NCBI GenBank assembly: GCA_964291265.2
Contig: OZ219746.1
Coordinates: 9,578-73,577 of the forward strand
From: Alphaproteobacteria bacterium
GTDB lineage: Bacteria; Pseudomonadota; Alphaproteobacteria; SP197
Reading direction: 5' to 3'
Length of the DNA: 64,000 bases
The notes beneath the pieces are model-generated. The model was not told where the DNA came from and searched no databases. It saw only the letters and a list, made by a program, of their open reading frames with translations. Positions 18,696 through 28,445 of the stretch are shown here, one piece after another (within the stretch, counting starts at the first letter, position 1; each line of letters begins with the position of its first letter). Position numbers and translations under genes: made by a program.

Positions 18696-19031
18696 GCCGA
18701 AGTTCCAGAACCGATCAGACGTATCATTATGGTAACTGCTCACCCCTTGTTGGAGTCTGGTTGTCCGTAGTGCTCGTTGAGAATGTCTACGGCCTTTCCG
18801 TCGAGGGCGATGTGGATGGCGACGAGAGGGTTGTAGCCGAGTGCGTCCATAGTGGTGAGGTAGTTTGAGCCTCGGCACCATGCTTTTGCGTGGAGCATGG
18901 TGCGGTGGCAGGCGAACTGGCGGAAGGTAGGGGGTGAAAGTCCCCTGGAACGAAGGAGTAACCGCAGGGGGCGTCACGGCAAGCGTCTCGTCCGGGCACC
19001 ATGATCGGCCGGTGCGCGTGCCGCGACGGGC

Positions 19032-20045
19032 TCAGTGCCTGGGCCTGGCGGCCAGCACGTCATCAAGACTTGGGGCAGCCAGCACCGCCTCCGCCCAGGC
19101 CTCCAGTTCGGCGGCCGACGCGCCGCGGACCCGTTCGCGGACCGCATCCGGCACATCATCGAAGCGCAATTCCAGAAGACGCAGAACAATTCCTGCCTGG
19201 CCTTCCACGCGACCTTCTTCCCGGCCTTCGCTCCGGCCTCGTTCGATTCCCCTCTCGATTCCCTGTTCGACCCAGGTTTGTGCGATCGTGCCCATCAACA
19301 CCTCCCAATGGTCCGGCTTCGTCCGGCGCAAAGACGCCTCCAGCATGGCCGGCGTCAGGCCCTTGTGCTCGGTCATATAGCGCACAATATGGTGCTCGAA
19401 GTCGCTCCCTGCGAGCAGCCCGTCCATGATCACGTCGAGAAGATCGGGCGGCACCTCCTCGGCAAAGACAAACCTGAGCGCCAGAAGAGCGGACCGCACC
19501 TCGGGCGAGGCCGACAGCCGGTCCGGCGCCATCTCCCCGAGGTTGTGCACCACATAGGCGAACTCCCTCAACGAACGACTCCAGCCCCTCGGGCGCGTCG
19601 ATCATGTTCGGTACCGAGCGCTCCGCCGTCCAGCGGCCCCGGCCATGGTAGAAGACCAGCGGGATGATCATCGGCAGCCTTTTCCTGCCGCCCTCGATCT
19701 CGCGCCGCCAGATGTTGACCATGTATCCCAGGAGCTGGAGCGGCGTCGCGGCATCGACCTGGCTCTTGTGTTCGAGCAGCACGTAGAGGCTTAGCATCCT
19801 GGCCGCTCTTCAGCCTCACCCGGAACAACGCATCGCACCGGTTGGCATGGGCGGCCTTGTCGACGAAACTGCCTCGAGCGCCTCCGGCCGCGCCTCGGGG
19901 TCGAGGAGGTCAGCCACCTTCCGCGGCAGGTAGTCGTCGAGCGGCGAAGCGGCACGGAGACCAGCGCCCGGAACAGCGCATCGTGCCGGTTCTCCGGAAG
20001 TCTCACCGAGCGAGACCCCGGCGTTTCAACGGGCATCACGCTCAC
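19032..20045 (-). pseudogene. Rpn-family (YhgA-like, PD-(D/E)XK) recombination-promoting nuclease/putative transposase, copy 1, broken into three frames
   Basis: Pieces: MSVMPVETPGSRSVRLPENRHDALFRALV.., then ..DALFRVRLKSGQDAK, then MLSLYVLLEHKSQVDAATPLQLLGYMVNIWRRE...LVFYHGRGRW, then ..EFAYVVHNLGEM...EQGIERGIERGRSEGREEGRVEG...LRFDDVP... Confidence 0.8.
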
Positions 20046-20155
20046 GGGCCGGAAGAGGGAAGGTGATCGTCATGGTGGCACCCTACGCCGATGAGCACCC
20101 GGTCGGCAATCGCGGCGCCTGACCCGGGGCCTGCCAGGCGTCAAGACCTCGATGG
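19036..20155. repeat. Direct repeat, copy 1 of an approx 1.1-1.4 kb duplication (partner 29558..30932)
   Basis: Homology starts at tgcctgggcctggcggccagcac and ends at ...caagacctcgatgg in both copies, in the same orientation. Identity is high but imperfect by eye. The copies differ by tandem-repeat expansions in copy 2. Confidence 0.85.
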
Positions 20156-21083
20156 TTGGTTCGGGATCGGGAGGCCCACGCGCCGGCGCTGTCGGCCGGA
20201 TCCGTGGAGGTCAGGGACCATGATCTCGTCCTTGGTGGACGATGCGGCTTGCCGACGTGATCGGGCTCATGACGCAGCATGCGGTGAAGGCCGGACATAT
20301 CCTCATCTCCCGGTCTGGCGAAGGCGGGTCCCCGTGTGCAGGCCTTCAGGGCCTGAAGCACTTCAATCGCAAGTATTCGATCGAGGGGTGACGATGATGA
20401 GGATGCTGGCGGCAACCACGCACATATCCCGCGTCTCGCCCGCATTCCTTCAGTTCCATGATGCCCCCTGTCACTGCGCGACCGAACGCTTGCCCGGGCT
20501 GAAACCGGCTGCCTGTGCAGACCGGGATCGTCGTGCGGCGGCGTCTGCTCGTCGGCAATGACCCGTTCGGTATCGCCGATGCCAGTCCCGGGGTTTCGGC
20601 AACCCGCCGCTTGATCGACATGCGGCACCGGCCCTCGGAACATGGTCGCCGGAACGTGCCGTCCTCGAAGCCGGCTGCGGAACGCGACCTTCGAGAGCCT
20701 CGACGAGGTCTTCGATGGGCTGGTGTCACTTCGACACTGTCGGCTTGTGGCACTCCTGACGGCGTGTCGCGGCGTGAAGACTGTTTGTGCTTGCCGACAG
20801 GCATCTGGACGCGTCACGGATCGATTCTGGATTCCGGCCTGCGGGCCCTGGTGGAGGGCGGTAGGTACCATCCAGCCTGGCATCTCCTCGGTCCTGTCAG
20901 GAATGCCGCAGGCGGCAGACGGCGATGCTCGACCGATAGGTGGCGCAGGTTCGCCCGCTCCGGAGTGCTCACCAGTCGGGTGAGATCGTCCGGCAAACGG
21001 ATGCCAGGAGACCTTCAACATGATACGACTTCGTCATACGGCGATTCGCCGAGTGCCGGCTCATGGCGCCGGGGGAGGGGACG

Positions 21084-22739
21084 ATGAGCGACTACTTCGA
21101 CCTTGGGTCCTATCGCTTTTCCGTCACCACGACTTCGAGCGAGGCGCAGATCTGGTTCGACAGGGGCCTGGCATGGACCTACGGCTTCAACCACGAGGAA
21201 GCGGTCGCCTGTTTCGAGAGGGCCCTGGAGGCGGACCCTGGCTGCTGCATGGCGCACTGGGGCGTCGCCTACGCCGTGGGGCCGAACTACAACAAGCCCT
21301 GGGCCGACTTCGGTGAGGAGGAACGGGTGGCGTGCCTGGCCCGAGGACGATCGCAAGCGGGTGAAGCGGTGCGCTGCTCGCAGGGCGCGACCGCGGTCGA
21401 GAGGGCGCTGTGCCTGGCTCTGGTCCGGCGTTACCCCGAGGTCGACGACGGTGAATGGGACGGCTGGAACGATGCCTATGCGGCGGCCATGCGGATGGTC
21501 CATGCCGCGCATGCCGGCAGCCTCGACGTCTGCGCCCTTCTCGCCGAATCGTTGCTGGTTCGCACGCCGTGGGAACTCTGGGACCTGGATGCCGGCGAGG
21601 CCGCCGAAGGTTCCGCCGTAATGGAGGCCATCGATGTCCTGGAGACCGCCCTCGCCGAACTTCCCGGCGCGGACCGGCATGCCGGTCTGCTTCACCTGCA
21701 TGTTCATGCCATGGAGATGTCGCCCCATCCCGAACGGGCTCTGAGGTCGGGCGATGCGCTTTTCTCCGTCATGCCGGAGTCGGGGCACCTGCGCCACATG
21801 CCGACCCACATCGACGTCCTGTGCGGCAACTATCAGGCTGTCGTGGAGCGCAACCACGCGGCCATCGTGGAAGACCGGAAGTTCGTCGAGTACGCCGGCG
21901 TCTTCAACTTCTATTCCGGCTACCGGGCTCACGACTATCACTTCAAGGTCTACGGCGCGATGTTCCTGGGCCAGTACAAGCCCGCCATCGAGGCCGCCGA
22001 GGAGATGATCGAGACCCTGCCGAGGGAGCTCCTCGAATTCGGTTCGCCGCCCCTGGTCGACTGGCTGGAGGGCTACATCCCGATCAAGCAGCATGTGCTC
22101 ATACGATTCGGCAAGTGGTCGGAGATCCTGGAGCAGCCGCTGCCCGACGATCCCGAGCTTTACTGCGTCACCACTGCGATGATGCACTACGCCCGCTGCG
22201 TGGCCTCGGCCGCGACGGGAGAGGTGACCAGGGCGGAGGCGGAACGCGACCTCTTCCTCGAAGCGCGCGGCCGTGTGCCCGATAGCCGCCGGTTGTTCGC
22301 CAGTAGCTGCCTCGACATTCTCGCCGTGGCCGAGCAGATGCTTCTGGGTGAACTGGAGTACCGCAAGGGCAACCACGACGTTGCGTTCGGCCACCTGCGC
22401 CGTGCGGTCGAACTGGACGACAGCCTGCCTTATGACGAGCCCTGGGCCTGGATGCAACCGGCCCGCCACGCTCTCGGGGCGCTTCTGATGGAACAGGGTC
22501 GCTACGTCGAGGCCGAAGCGGTCTACCGTGCCGATCTGGGATTCGATGCAACCCTGCGCCGCCCCTGCCAGCACCCCGACAACGTCTGGAGTCTGCACGG
22601 TCTCCACGAATGCCTGGTCCGCCGCGGTGATACGGTCGAGGCGCCGATCATCAAGCAGCGACTGGACCTCGCCGCTGCGCGCTGCGACGTGCCGGTGCAC
22701 GCGTCATGCTACTGCCGCATGCAGAACGTCATTTCCTGA
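21084..22739 (+). CDS. Tetratricopeptide-repeat (TPR) protein of unknown function
   Basis: MSDYFDLGSYRFSVTTTSSEAQIWFDRGLAWTYGFNHEEAVACFERALEADPGCCMAHWGVAYA... with further TPR-like helices to the C-terminus. Intact 551-aa ORF. Confidence 0.65.
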   Translation: MSDYFDLGSYRFSVTTTSSEAQIWFDRGLAWTYGFNHEEAVACFERALEADPGCCMAHWGVAYAVGPNYNKPWADFGEEERVACLARGRSQAGEAVRCSQGATAVERALCLALVRRYPEVDDGEWDGWNDAYAAAMRMVHAAHAGSLDVCALLAESLLVRTPWELWDLDAGEAAEGSAVMEAIDVLETALAELPGADRHAGLLHLHVHAMEMSPHPERALRSGDALFSVMPESGHLRHMPTHIDVLCGNYQAVVERNHAAIVEDRKFVEYAGVFNFYSGYRAHDYHFKVYGAMFLGQYKPAIEAAEEMIETLPRELLEFGSPPLVDWLEGYIPIKQHVLIRFGKWSEILEQPLPDDPELYCVTTAMMHYARCVASAATGEVTRAEAERDLFLEARGRVPDSRRLFASSCLDILAVAEQMLLGELEYRKGNHDVAFGHLRRAVELDDSLPYDEPWAWMQPARHALGALLMEQGRYVEAEAVYRADLGFDATLRRPCQHPDNVWSLHGLHECLVRRGDTVEAPIIKQRLDLAAARCDVPVHASCYCRMQNVIS

Positions 22740-23711
22740 ACGTGCGCGCCGTGGATGGCGTCTGACCGTTCCTGACGTTGACGAGGGCGAGGCTCAGGAG
22801 GAGAAGGGCGAAGGCCGTCCAGACCCACGCGCTGTGCTGCTCGCCGAACGTGACGATGCCCGCGCCGATGATCATCGGCGTGGCGGCAAAGGTCCACGTG
22901 GCGTAGAACACCGGCCCCGCAATGCGGATGGTTTCGAACGACGCGAGCCAGAGCCAGACGTTCAGTGCACCGAAGAGCGGGACGAGCCACCAGAGATGCA
23001 GGCGTTCGGCATCGAACCACCAGACTTGGTCCAGCCAGACGACCGGGACCAGCAGCATCGCCGCGCCGCCTGCCATCATGGCAAACGAGATCGCCAGGGA
23101 ATCTGTCTCGGGCGGCCAGTCGCGGGCCATCCAGTTGGCCCAGAGCGCCCAGCCGACGGGAACGACAAGCGCGACTGCAACCCAGGGAACCATGGCACGG
23201 GATGGCAGGCCGGTTTCCGGCAACACCGTGAGCATCAGGCCTGCGACACCGATCAGGAGTCCGACAAGGCGAATCCAGCGATATCTCTCGATCAGCAGCA
23301 CGAGCGCGACCAGGTAGGTGAGGGCCGGCTCGATGGCCATGGTGAGACTCATGACGCCGACAGGCAGGTGCGGCGAGGCCAGGGTCATGGCGACATAGGG
23401 ATCACGAGCCCGAAAAGCGCCGACACCGCGTAGTAGCGCAGGTGGGGCACGGTCCGCGGCACAGACTGGCGCCTCGCCAGCAGAGTCGCCCCGCCCATCG
23501 CCGCTCCTGCGAGACATTGCCAGAAGACGAAACCAAGGAAGGGAACACCTCCCTCGGTGCCGATGCGCAGAAAGACGAGGAAGGCGGTCGCCGGAAGCGC
23601 GACCATCATCAGGAGAAAAAGGCGGAGCAGGAGCGAAGGCTCGGCGACTGGCATCATGGCATTCCGAACCCGAAAGCCGGGCGGTCTCGGACATGGGCTC
23701 AGGCTGCCCAC
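22729..23711 (-). pseudogene. DMT-superfamily (EamA-like) transporter, one frameshift
   Basis: The N-terminal 5 TM segments lie in the frame of ORF 23385..23711 (...YYAVSALFGLVIPMSP*). The remainder lies in the frame of ORF 22729..23784 (..YVAMTLASPHLPVGVMSLTMAIEPALTYLVA...). The break is near 23395. Confidence 0.7.
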
Positions 23712-24245
23712 TAGTCACAAAGGGTATCATCACAAGTGAATTGAGAGGGTAGTCTTCACCACTGCCGCCGCTTGTCAGCGGCACACCCGGCGATTATGCG
23801 GATCGAATGCATGACAAGACCGGCAGACCGGCGCACCCTGTCAGGATGCCCATCGTCATGGACTAAACTCCCCTGCCGATCCGGTCAACATTGGATCCAG
23901 GACTATTCTGTTGTCGTCCCGGCGCTCGGCGTCGGTTGATTTTGGGGTGGACATCTCGTTTTCGCCGTGGCAGTGTGCTGGCATGATGACGCTTGCCACC
24001 CCGGATTCCTCATCGACCTTCGCGGCGTGACGGTGCACCCGACCCGTGGCGTACGCGCTCCTGACCCCGCGACATAAGCCGGGAACGCGCCATCTGACGG
24101 CGCAACAGGACAGCTCTGCTAGAACACTCGAAAATGCGTATCCGGTGAGCCCCGATGCACCAGCAGTGACCACTGAAACCGGCCCACAGTGAACCCGGGT
24201 ACCTCAACCATACCAGGTCCCTGTCACATCAACAATCCACAGGAC

Positions 24246-24716
24246 TTAGCGATCCGCGCATCGTTGTCGATTTAGGAACTCACGGCGTTGCTTGCGGCTG
24301 CCGGCAAATGGATACAATAACCGCTGTCCTGTTGCCTTAGTTGGCAGAATGTCCTTGTCTTTGAAGTCGTCACGGAGTTTGCCGTCATTTGAGCAAAGAA
24401 CTTTGGCGCCGCTTGCAAGTGCTAATGACAAGATATGTAAATCATTTGATCTTGGGGTCTTTTGAGCCAATTGACTGTCAGTAATATAAAGCTGGTCCGC
24501 TGAGATTTTTCGAAGATGTCCTCCTTGGTCATACCGTCGGATAAGATCCATAACGGCGCTATTGTTTCGAAGTTCTGTGAAATACTGCCCAGCGCTAGAG
24601 ACCGCCAGTATCCCGTGCCTACTGCCAATCCACGATAGAAACAAATTGTCACCTTCGCCGCGTCGTTTCACCAGTACAGGAAATGAATCTGCATCAACGA
24701 TAGCGACCACGCACAT
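24246..24716 (-). CDS. PIN-like nuclease domain protein; fifth and last gene of the Ub-like operon
   Basis: MCVVAIVDADSF... supplies the N-terminal acidic residue after strand 1. ...SNDLHILSLALASGAKVLCSNDGKL supplies the C-terminal PIN-type D..H..A....A..L.T.D motif. The gene starts 13 nt after the ATPase stop. AT-rich codon usage like the rest of the operon. Confidence 0.6.
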   Translation of the reverse strand: MCVVAIVDADSFPVLVKRRGEGDNLFLSWIGSRHGILAVSSAGQYFTELRNNSAVMDLIRRYDQGGHLRKISADQLYITDSQLAQKTPRSNDLHILSLALASGAKVLCSNDGKLRDDFKDKDILPTKATGQRLLYPFAGSRKQRREFLNRQRCADR

Positions 24717-24729
24717 TTGCTTTACCTAT

Positions 24730-25992
24730 CTACTTGAGGCCCAGTAGGCGCTCTGTTTCTGTCAAGAAAAACTCTCGATAGGTACTAGGTGGATCCAACA
24801 CATTTCCCATTGAATCGACCGAGATATTGTGAATTCTGGTCTCGGTGTTATCTTCATAGTTTTCAAAATACAGGATCACAAGGTCTTCTGGTTGCAACAC
24901 TTGTTGCAATACACATAATCTGAAACGATCGACGATATGATCACTGTGGGTTTCAATAATGTAATCGTGTGGTCCTTCGGCCATATATTGGGCCAATTTA
25001 GCCTGTGCCACTGGATGAACGTGGACTTCTGGTTGTTGCAGCAAAAAAATACTTGGTGTGTCAGTTACAGCTATGGCGTGTATAAAAGGGAGTATTGAAT
25101 GCACACCGTAACCCACATCAATTAGATTATGGGTGCCAGCGGCCGTTGTGACCAAAACATCCGTTGCTTCGCCCAAGTCGATTTCAGTCAACGTGATGTC
25201 GCTCCACAAACCTAATGCCGTGCCGGCCTGTGCGATCAGTGAGCGTTCCGAAGAATTGCTTAAATACACCGGGGGCTCCTTGTAACTGCGCAGCCTGGGA
25301 GGCGCATGCGGCTCAGGAGCTTTAACGTGAAAACTAGGATGTGCGGGCAATGGCATCTCGGAACGGAAGAAGTTAATGAATTTACCGAAGTTAATGATTT
25401 CTTCCGATGTGCTTGGTACACATTCTCGTTTTGCAAAAATTGTGCTATCCGCATTGTATGGGAAAAAACCGTGACGCACGTTACGCGATAACCAAGTAGA
25501 AATGGGTACAAAGGATATTTCCGCCCACTTCATAGAAAAATCAAAATTTGGACCATGAAACACCAAACGTTTATTTTTACTGCTGTCACCATTATAGATT
25601 GACATTTCGATGTGCGCAGACGAAGCATCCTTTGCAGCAAAGGAAAACTCGGTGCGTGTTTCATAAGGCCGTCCCTTATTGTCGCGTCCGAAGGAAAACA
25701 TGGCTGATGAGTGAATGTGATCGTCATATTGACCAGTAATTGTAAAGTTGGAAGAGCCCAAACGGGCTATCGAGTCGTATTCACCCATGGAAAATGGAGG
25801 TTGGTCAAAGATGTGATTGTCAGGCAAGTCAACTAAATTGGAGAGGTGAGCGAATGCATTGAAGCAGCCCAGAAAAGTGGATTTACCGACGCTGTTTTCA
25901 CCAACAAGCAAGGTGATGCGACCCAGACGTGCGTGTTGGGGAGAGTTGAAACGGCGAATATTCTGGAGAGACATTTCGCTTATACGAGGCAT
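24730..25992 (-). CDS. ABC/AAA_15-AAA_21-like P-loop ATPase (OLD/Septu-PtuA-like fold class); fourth gene of the operon
   Basis: Walker A LLVGENSVGKSTFLGCF, Walker B-like IFLLQQPEVHVHP, H-loop-like IIETHSDHIVDR. The ATG at 25992 overlaps the E1 stop codon (TAATG). Confidence 0.75.
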   Translation of the reverse strand: MPRISEMSLQNIRRFNSPQHARLGRITLLVGENSVGKSTFLGCFNAFAHLSNLVDLPDNHIFDQPPFSMGEYDSIARLGSSNFTITGQYDDHIHSSAMFSFGRDNKGRPYETRTEFSFAAKDASSAHIEMSIYNGDSSKNKRLVFHGPNFDFSMKWAEISFVPISTWLSRNVRHGFFPYNADSTIFAKRECVPSTSEEIINFGKFINFFRSEMPLPAHPSFHVKAPEPHAPPRLRSYKEPPVYLSNSSERSLIAQAGTALGLWSDITLTEIDLGEATDVLVTTAAGTHNLIDVGYGVHSILPFIHAIAVTDTPSIFLLQQPEVHVHPVAQAKLAQYMAEGPHDYIIETHSDHIVDRFRLCVLQQVLQPEDLVILYFENYEDNTETRIHNISVDSMGNVLDPPSTYREFFLTETERLLGLK

Positions 25993-27479
25993 TAGCGATC
26001 TCCTGAAGACGGCAGAAAACGTGTCAGCAGATTGCCGCACTTTATGAGAAAACGACTAATGAAAGAGTCTACAGCTTTCGTTTCGTGCGGTGCATTAAGG
26101 AGGAATGGGTACTTGAACTGATCGCCGAGGGCTGTCTTTCCGACGACGGAACAGTGTTCATTGCACTCCAGAGCTTCCACGTCAAGGCGATTCGGTATCA
26201 TACTGTAGTGCTGTCGACCCGCGCGATCTGGCCACCAAGTGTCAGCTATCACAAGTCGTATCATCGCGACGACCATTGAGGTCGCAAGGTTTGCGCAGAA
26301 CGGGAAGACGTTCTGGTTGCGTGGCTCATGCTCGGATTCAGTGAGGTTGTGGACATATGATGGATCATCCAGAGAGCCGTCGACATCGAGAACAACATCG
26401 GAACTGGTATATTGGCCGTCACATCGCAGACAACGAAACATCGGACCGATGGTCGTTACACTCCAAGCCGCCTGGCCGAGTGTGCCGTCCGGCTTGTTGT
26501 CGATGAACACGCCACCGGATATAACGGGAATACAATGTGCATAGGCGACGTGGTTCAAAAGATCCTTGGGAAGCGGGCGATCCACGGCGGAGAATAGGAT
26601 ATCGCAATCAAGAACGGCGGTGAAGGCGCGACTGTCTTGAATGGGCAAGGCGAACGTTTGGATAGAAAAGCCAGCGGCGGTCGCCGATCGGCTTGCCTGC
26701 TGGGCGACGAGTTCGACTTTTAATGAGCCGACATCGTTTTCGGAGGCGTACATCAAGCGGTCGAGGTTGTGGGTCTCTATCCGATCCGGATCGATGATCG
26801 TGACCCTTTCCATGCCCATCCTTGCCAAGGATTCGGCAATCACGCAGCCCACGCTTCCGACTCCGACGATACCGAAATGAAGACCGGTGAGGTCTCGTTG
26901 GCGTTTGATACCCCAAGTGTCGATCGTACGCTGTAGAAATCTGCGTCGCTCACCTGCAGGGCGCTGTTTAAACGTGACGCGAAAGTGGCGTCCGACGATG
27001 CGAACCCTTTCGCACCATGTTCGATTGAAGGTTTCGCCGTCCCAGTTCCAAAAACGAGCGCTCCAACTGTGGTCCGTGCCAAGCGTCAATCCAACGAGAG
27101 GCAGTCCGGTTGCACGAGCGGCAGGTGAGATTCGATCTCGTTCGGCGACGATGTCGAGCACGCTCATGTCCTGCCAGCCGTCGGTAAAGTGGCTGTGCAT
27201 GAATGCCAGCCCGGCCCCCCGAAGGATGGCAATTCGTGTCGCACGGGTCAAGTAAGTTGGTTCGAAACTCGTGCCACCATGCAAGTGTCGTTCACCTTCA
27301 CCCGGGAGCAATATCTCGAATACGATGGCAGCTTTTCTGCTGGCCCCCGTTGAGGGACGCCACAGGGCAAAGCAAAGTTCCTCCTGCATGTATCCGGCGT
27401 TCACGTGCCGGAGCAGATGAGCGGATGCGCTGTCGTGCGCCTCTTGGGTCAGAACAGTATCGAAGATCAAATCTGGCAC
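25992..27479 (-). CDS. JAB/JAMM-like N-terminal domain fused to a ThiF/MoeB-type E1 adenylation domain
   Basis: N-terminus: ..QEELCFALW...AFMHSHFTDGWQDMSVLD is a JAMM-like E...HxH...S..D arrangement, with a spacer one residue longer than canonical. Centre: LHFGIVGVGSVGCVIAESLARMGMERVTIIDPDRIETHNLDRL is a Rossmann ATP-binding motif of E1/ThiF type. Cys clusters CLRC and CNEHC are present. GTG start overlaps the E2-like gene by 13 nt. Confidence 0.8.
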   Translation of the reverse strand: MPDLIFDTVLTQEAHDSASAHLLRHVNAGYMQEELCFALWRPSTGASRKAAIVFEILLPGEGERHLHGGTSFEPTYLTRATRIAILRGAGLAFMHSHFTDGWQDMSVLDIVAERDRISPAARATGLPLVGLTLGTDHSWSARFWNWDGETFNRTWCERVRIVGRHFRVTFKQRPAGERRRFLQRTIDTWGIKRQRDLTGLHFGIVGVGSVGCVIAESLARMGMERVTIIDPDRIETHNLDRLMYASENDVGSLKVELVAQQASRSATAAGFSIQTFALPIQDSRAFTAVLDCDILFSAVDRPLPKDLLNHVAYAHCIPVISGGVFIDNKPDGTLGQAAWSVTTIGPMFRCLRCDGQYTSSDVVLDVDGSLDDPSYVHNLTESEHEPRNQNVFPFCANLATSMVVAMIRLVIADTWWPDRAGRQHYSMIPNRLDVEALECNEHCSVVGKTALGDQFKYPFLLNAPHETKAVDSFISRFLIKCGNLLTRFLPSSGDR

Positions 27480-27847
27480 CAGAAACGAAGAAGATGTCTA
27501 ATAAGGAATGTTTTCATGTTCCTTTCCGAAGCTGGGATAGAATCCCAGAAATCACTGGGTGGTACGCTGAAGGCTTTCCAATGGTGATTGTCATAGGTGA
27601 ATGATGAATGCACAGGAAGTTTCGCATTCGGGAGGTCAGCAACATAGATAAAATGTGGTGGATAATCGGGATAACTGTCTTCCTGGAAGCCGATTGCGAT
27701 GGTGAAAAATTGATCCTTGTATCTTCCTGTTGGAACTGATTGGGTCAGCGTAACGACTGTTTGCTGAATAAAGCCGTCTGCGGATACAATTTGCGGTTCG
27801 TGTCCCAGCTCTGCAAGCTCGGCACAGATTAAATCGATAGGCTTCAT
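27467..27847 (-). CDS. E2/UBC-fold-like (RWD/UEV-like) protein; second gene of the operon
   Basis: 126 aa. ..GFQEDSYPDYPPHFIYVADLPNAKLP.. resembles the UBC/RWD YPxxPP flap followed by an (H)PN-like turn. No Cys is present where the E2 catalytic Cys is expected. The start ATG overlaps the Ubl stop (ATGA). Confidence 0.55.
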   Translation of the reverse strand: MKPIDLICAELAELGHEPQIVSADGFIQQTVVTLTQSVPTGRYKDQFFTIAIGFQEDSYPDYPPHFIYVADLPNAKLPVHSSFTYDNHHWKAFSVPPSDFWDSIPASERNMKTFLIRHLLRFWCQI

Positions 27848-28326
27848 GGATCTGGAGCAAATGCCACGGGGGTTGCCCCGGAGTGTACCGCCAAGAATTC
27901 ATCGTCATTCGTAATATCGACAATGTCGATCAAGTTGCGATATTTTATACCGGTATTGATGTTTTCAAGGATGTAGCTGTTGAGTTGGTTGAGGTCGATG
28001 CTGGCGGACTTCCCGGCAGCTCGGAGGATGTTTTTTACGGAGAGGGTCGCATTAGTCGTTGTTTGTTGCTCTCCATTGACCTTGTAGTGAATCACCGTGT
28101 CAAGGGTCGGCTTTGAATCATGGTCCCTTTTTTTTGTCGTAACGCGGTCGCCGGAGTGAATGTCGATATTCTGCTTGGGATCGAGATGTTCGGTGCCGCC
28201 TTGAGAAATCAAGAGAAAATGGTCTGGGGACAAGCCAGCGATAGCAAGGACTTCTGCAACGGTTAGGGAGACCTTGCGAGCGGAGTGTGGTTTGTCGTCT
28301 ATGAAGAACTCAATGGAGTCTGCCAT
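27844..28326 (-). CDS. Tandem beta-grasp ('multiubiquitin'-type) ubiquitin-like protein, 160 aa; first gene of the operon
   Basis: ATG at 28326 is preceded by aagaggataac. There are two approx 70-aa units with parallel endings, ..NIDIHSGDRV and ..FLAVHSGATP. The second HSG is followed by a 10-aa tail (ATPVAFAPDP). Confidence 0.7.
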   Translation of the reverse strand: MADSIEFFIDDKPHSARKVSLTVAEVLAIAGLSPDHFLLISQGGTEHLDPKQNIDIHSGDRVTTKKRDHDSKPTLDTVIHYKVNGEQQTTTNATLSVKNILRAAGKSASIDLNQLNSYILENINTGIKYRNLIDIVDITNDDEFLAVHSGATPVAFAPDP

Positions 28327-28445
28327 GTTATCCTCTTTGGCATTAGGCAAAAAGATGTTGCAAGCAGGACGGGGTTGGCTGGCTTGTCCACTTTCTACTA
28401 TGTCACTACATCGTTTAGGTCGAAGGATCAAGTGATGGCGTCTGA

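Noticed and set aside
18700-19030. A minus-strand peptide fragment ..RQFACHRTMLHAKAWCRGSNYLTTMDALGYNPLVAIHIALDGKAVDILNEHYGQPDSNKG* (about 18735..18915), and a plus-strand stretch gtgcggtggcaggcgaactggcggaaggtagggggtgaaagtcccctggaacgaagg.. (from about 18898) that vaguely recalls a group II intron 5' end (GUGCG start).
   Set aside because: I cannot assign the peptide to a family. The intron idea rests on a 5-nt match and a GAAAG-type motif only. No domain V/VI and no reverse-transcriptase ORF follow, because the sequence runs into the Rpn repeat at 19036. An Infernal/Rfam scan would be needed.
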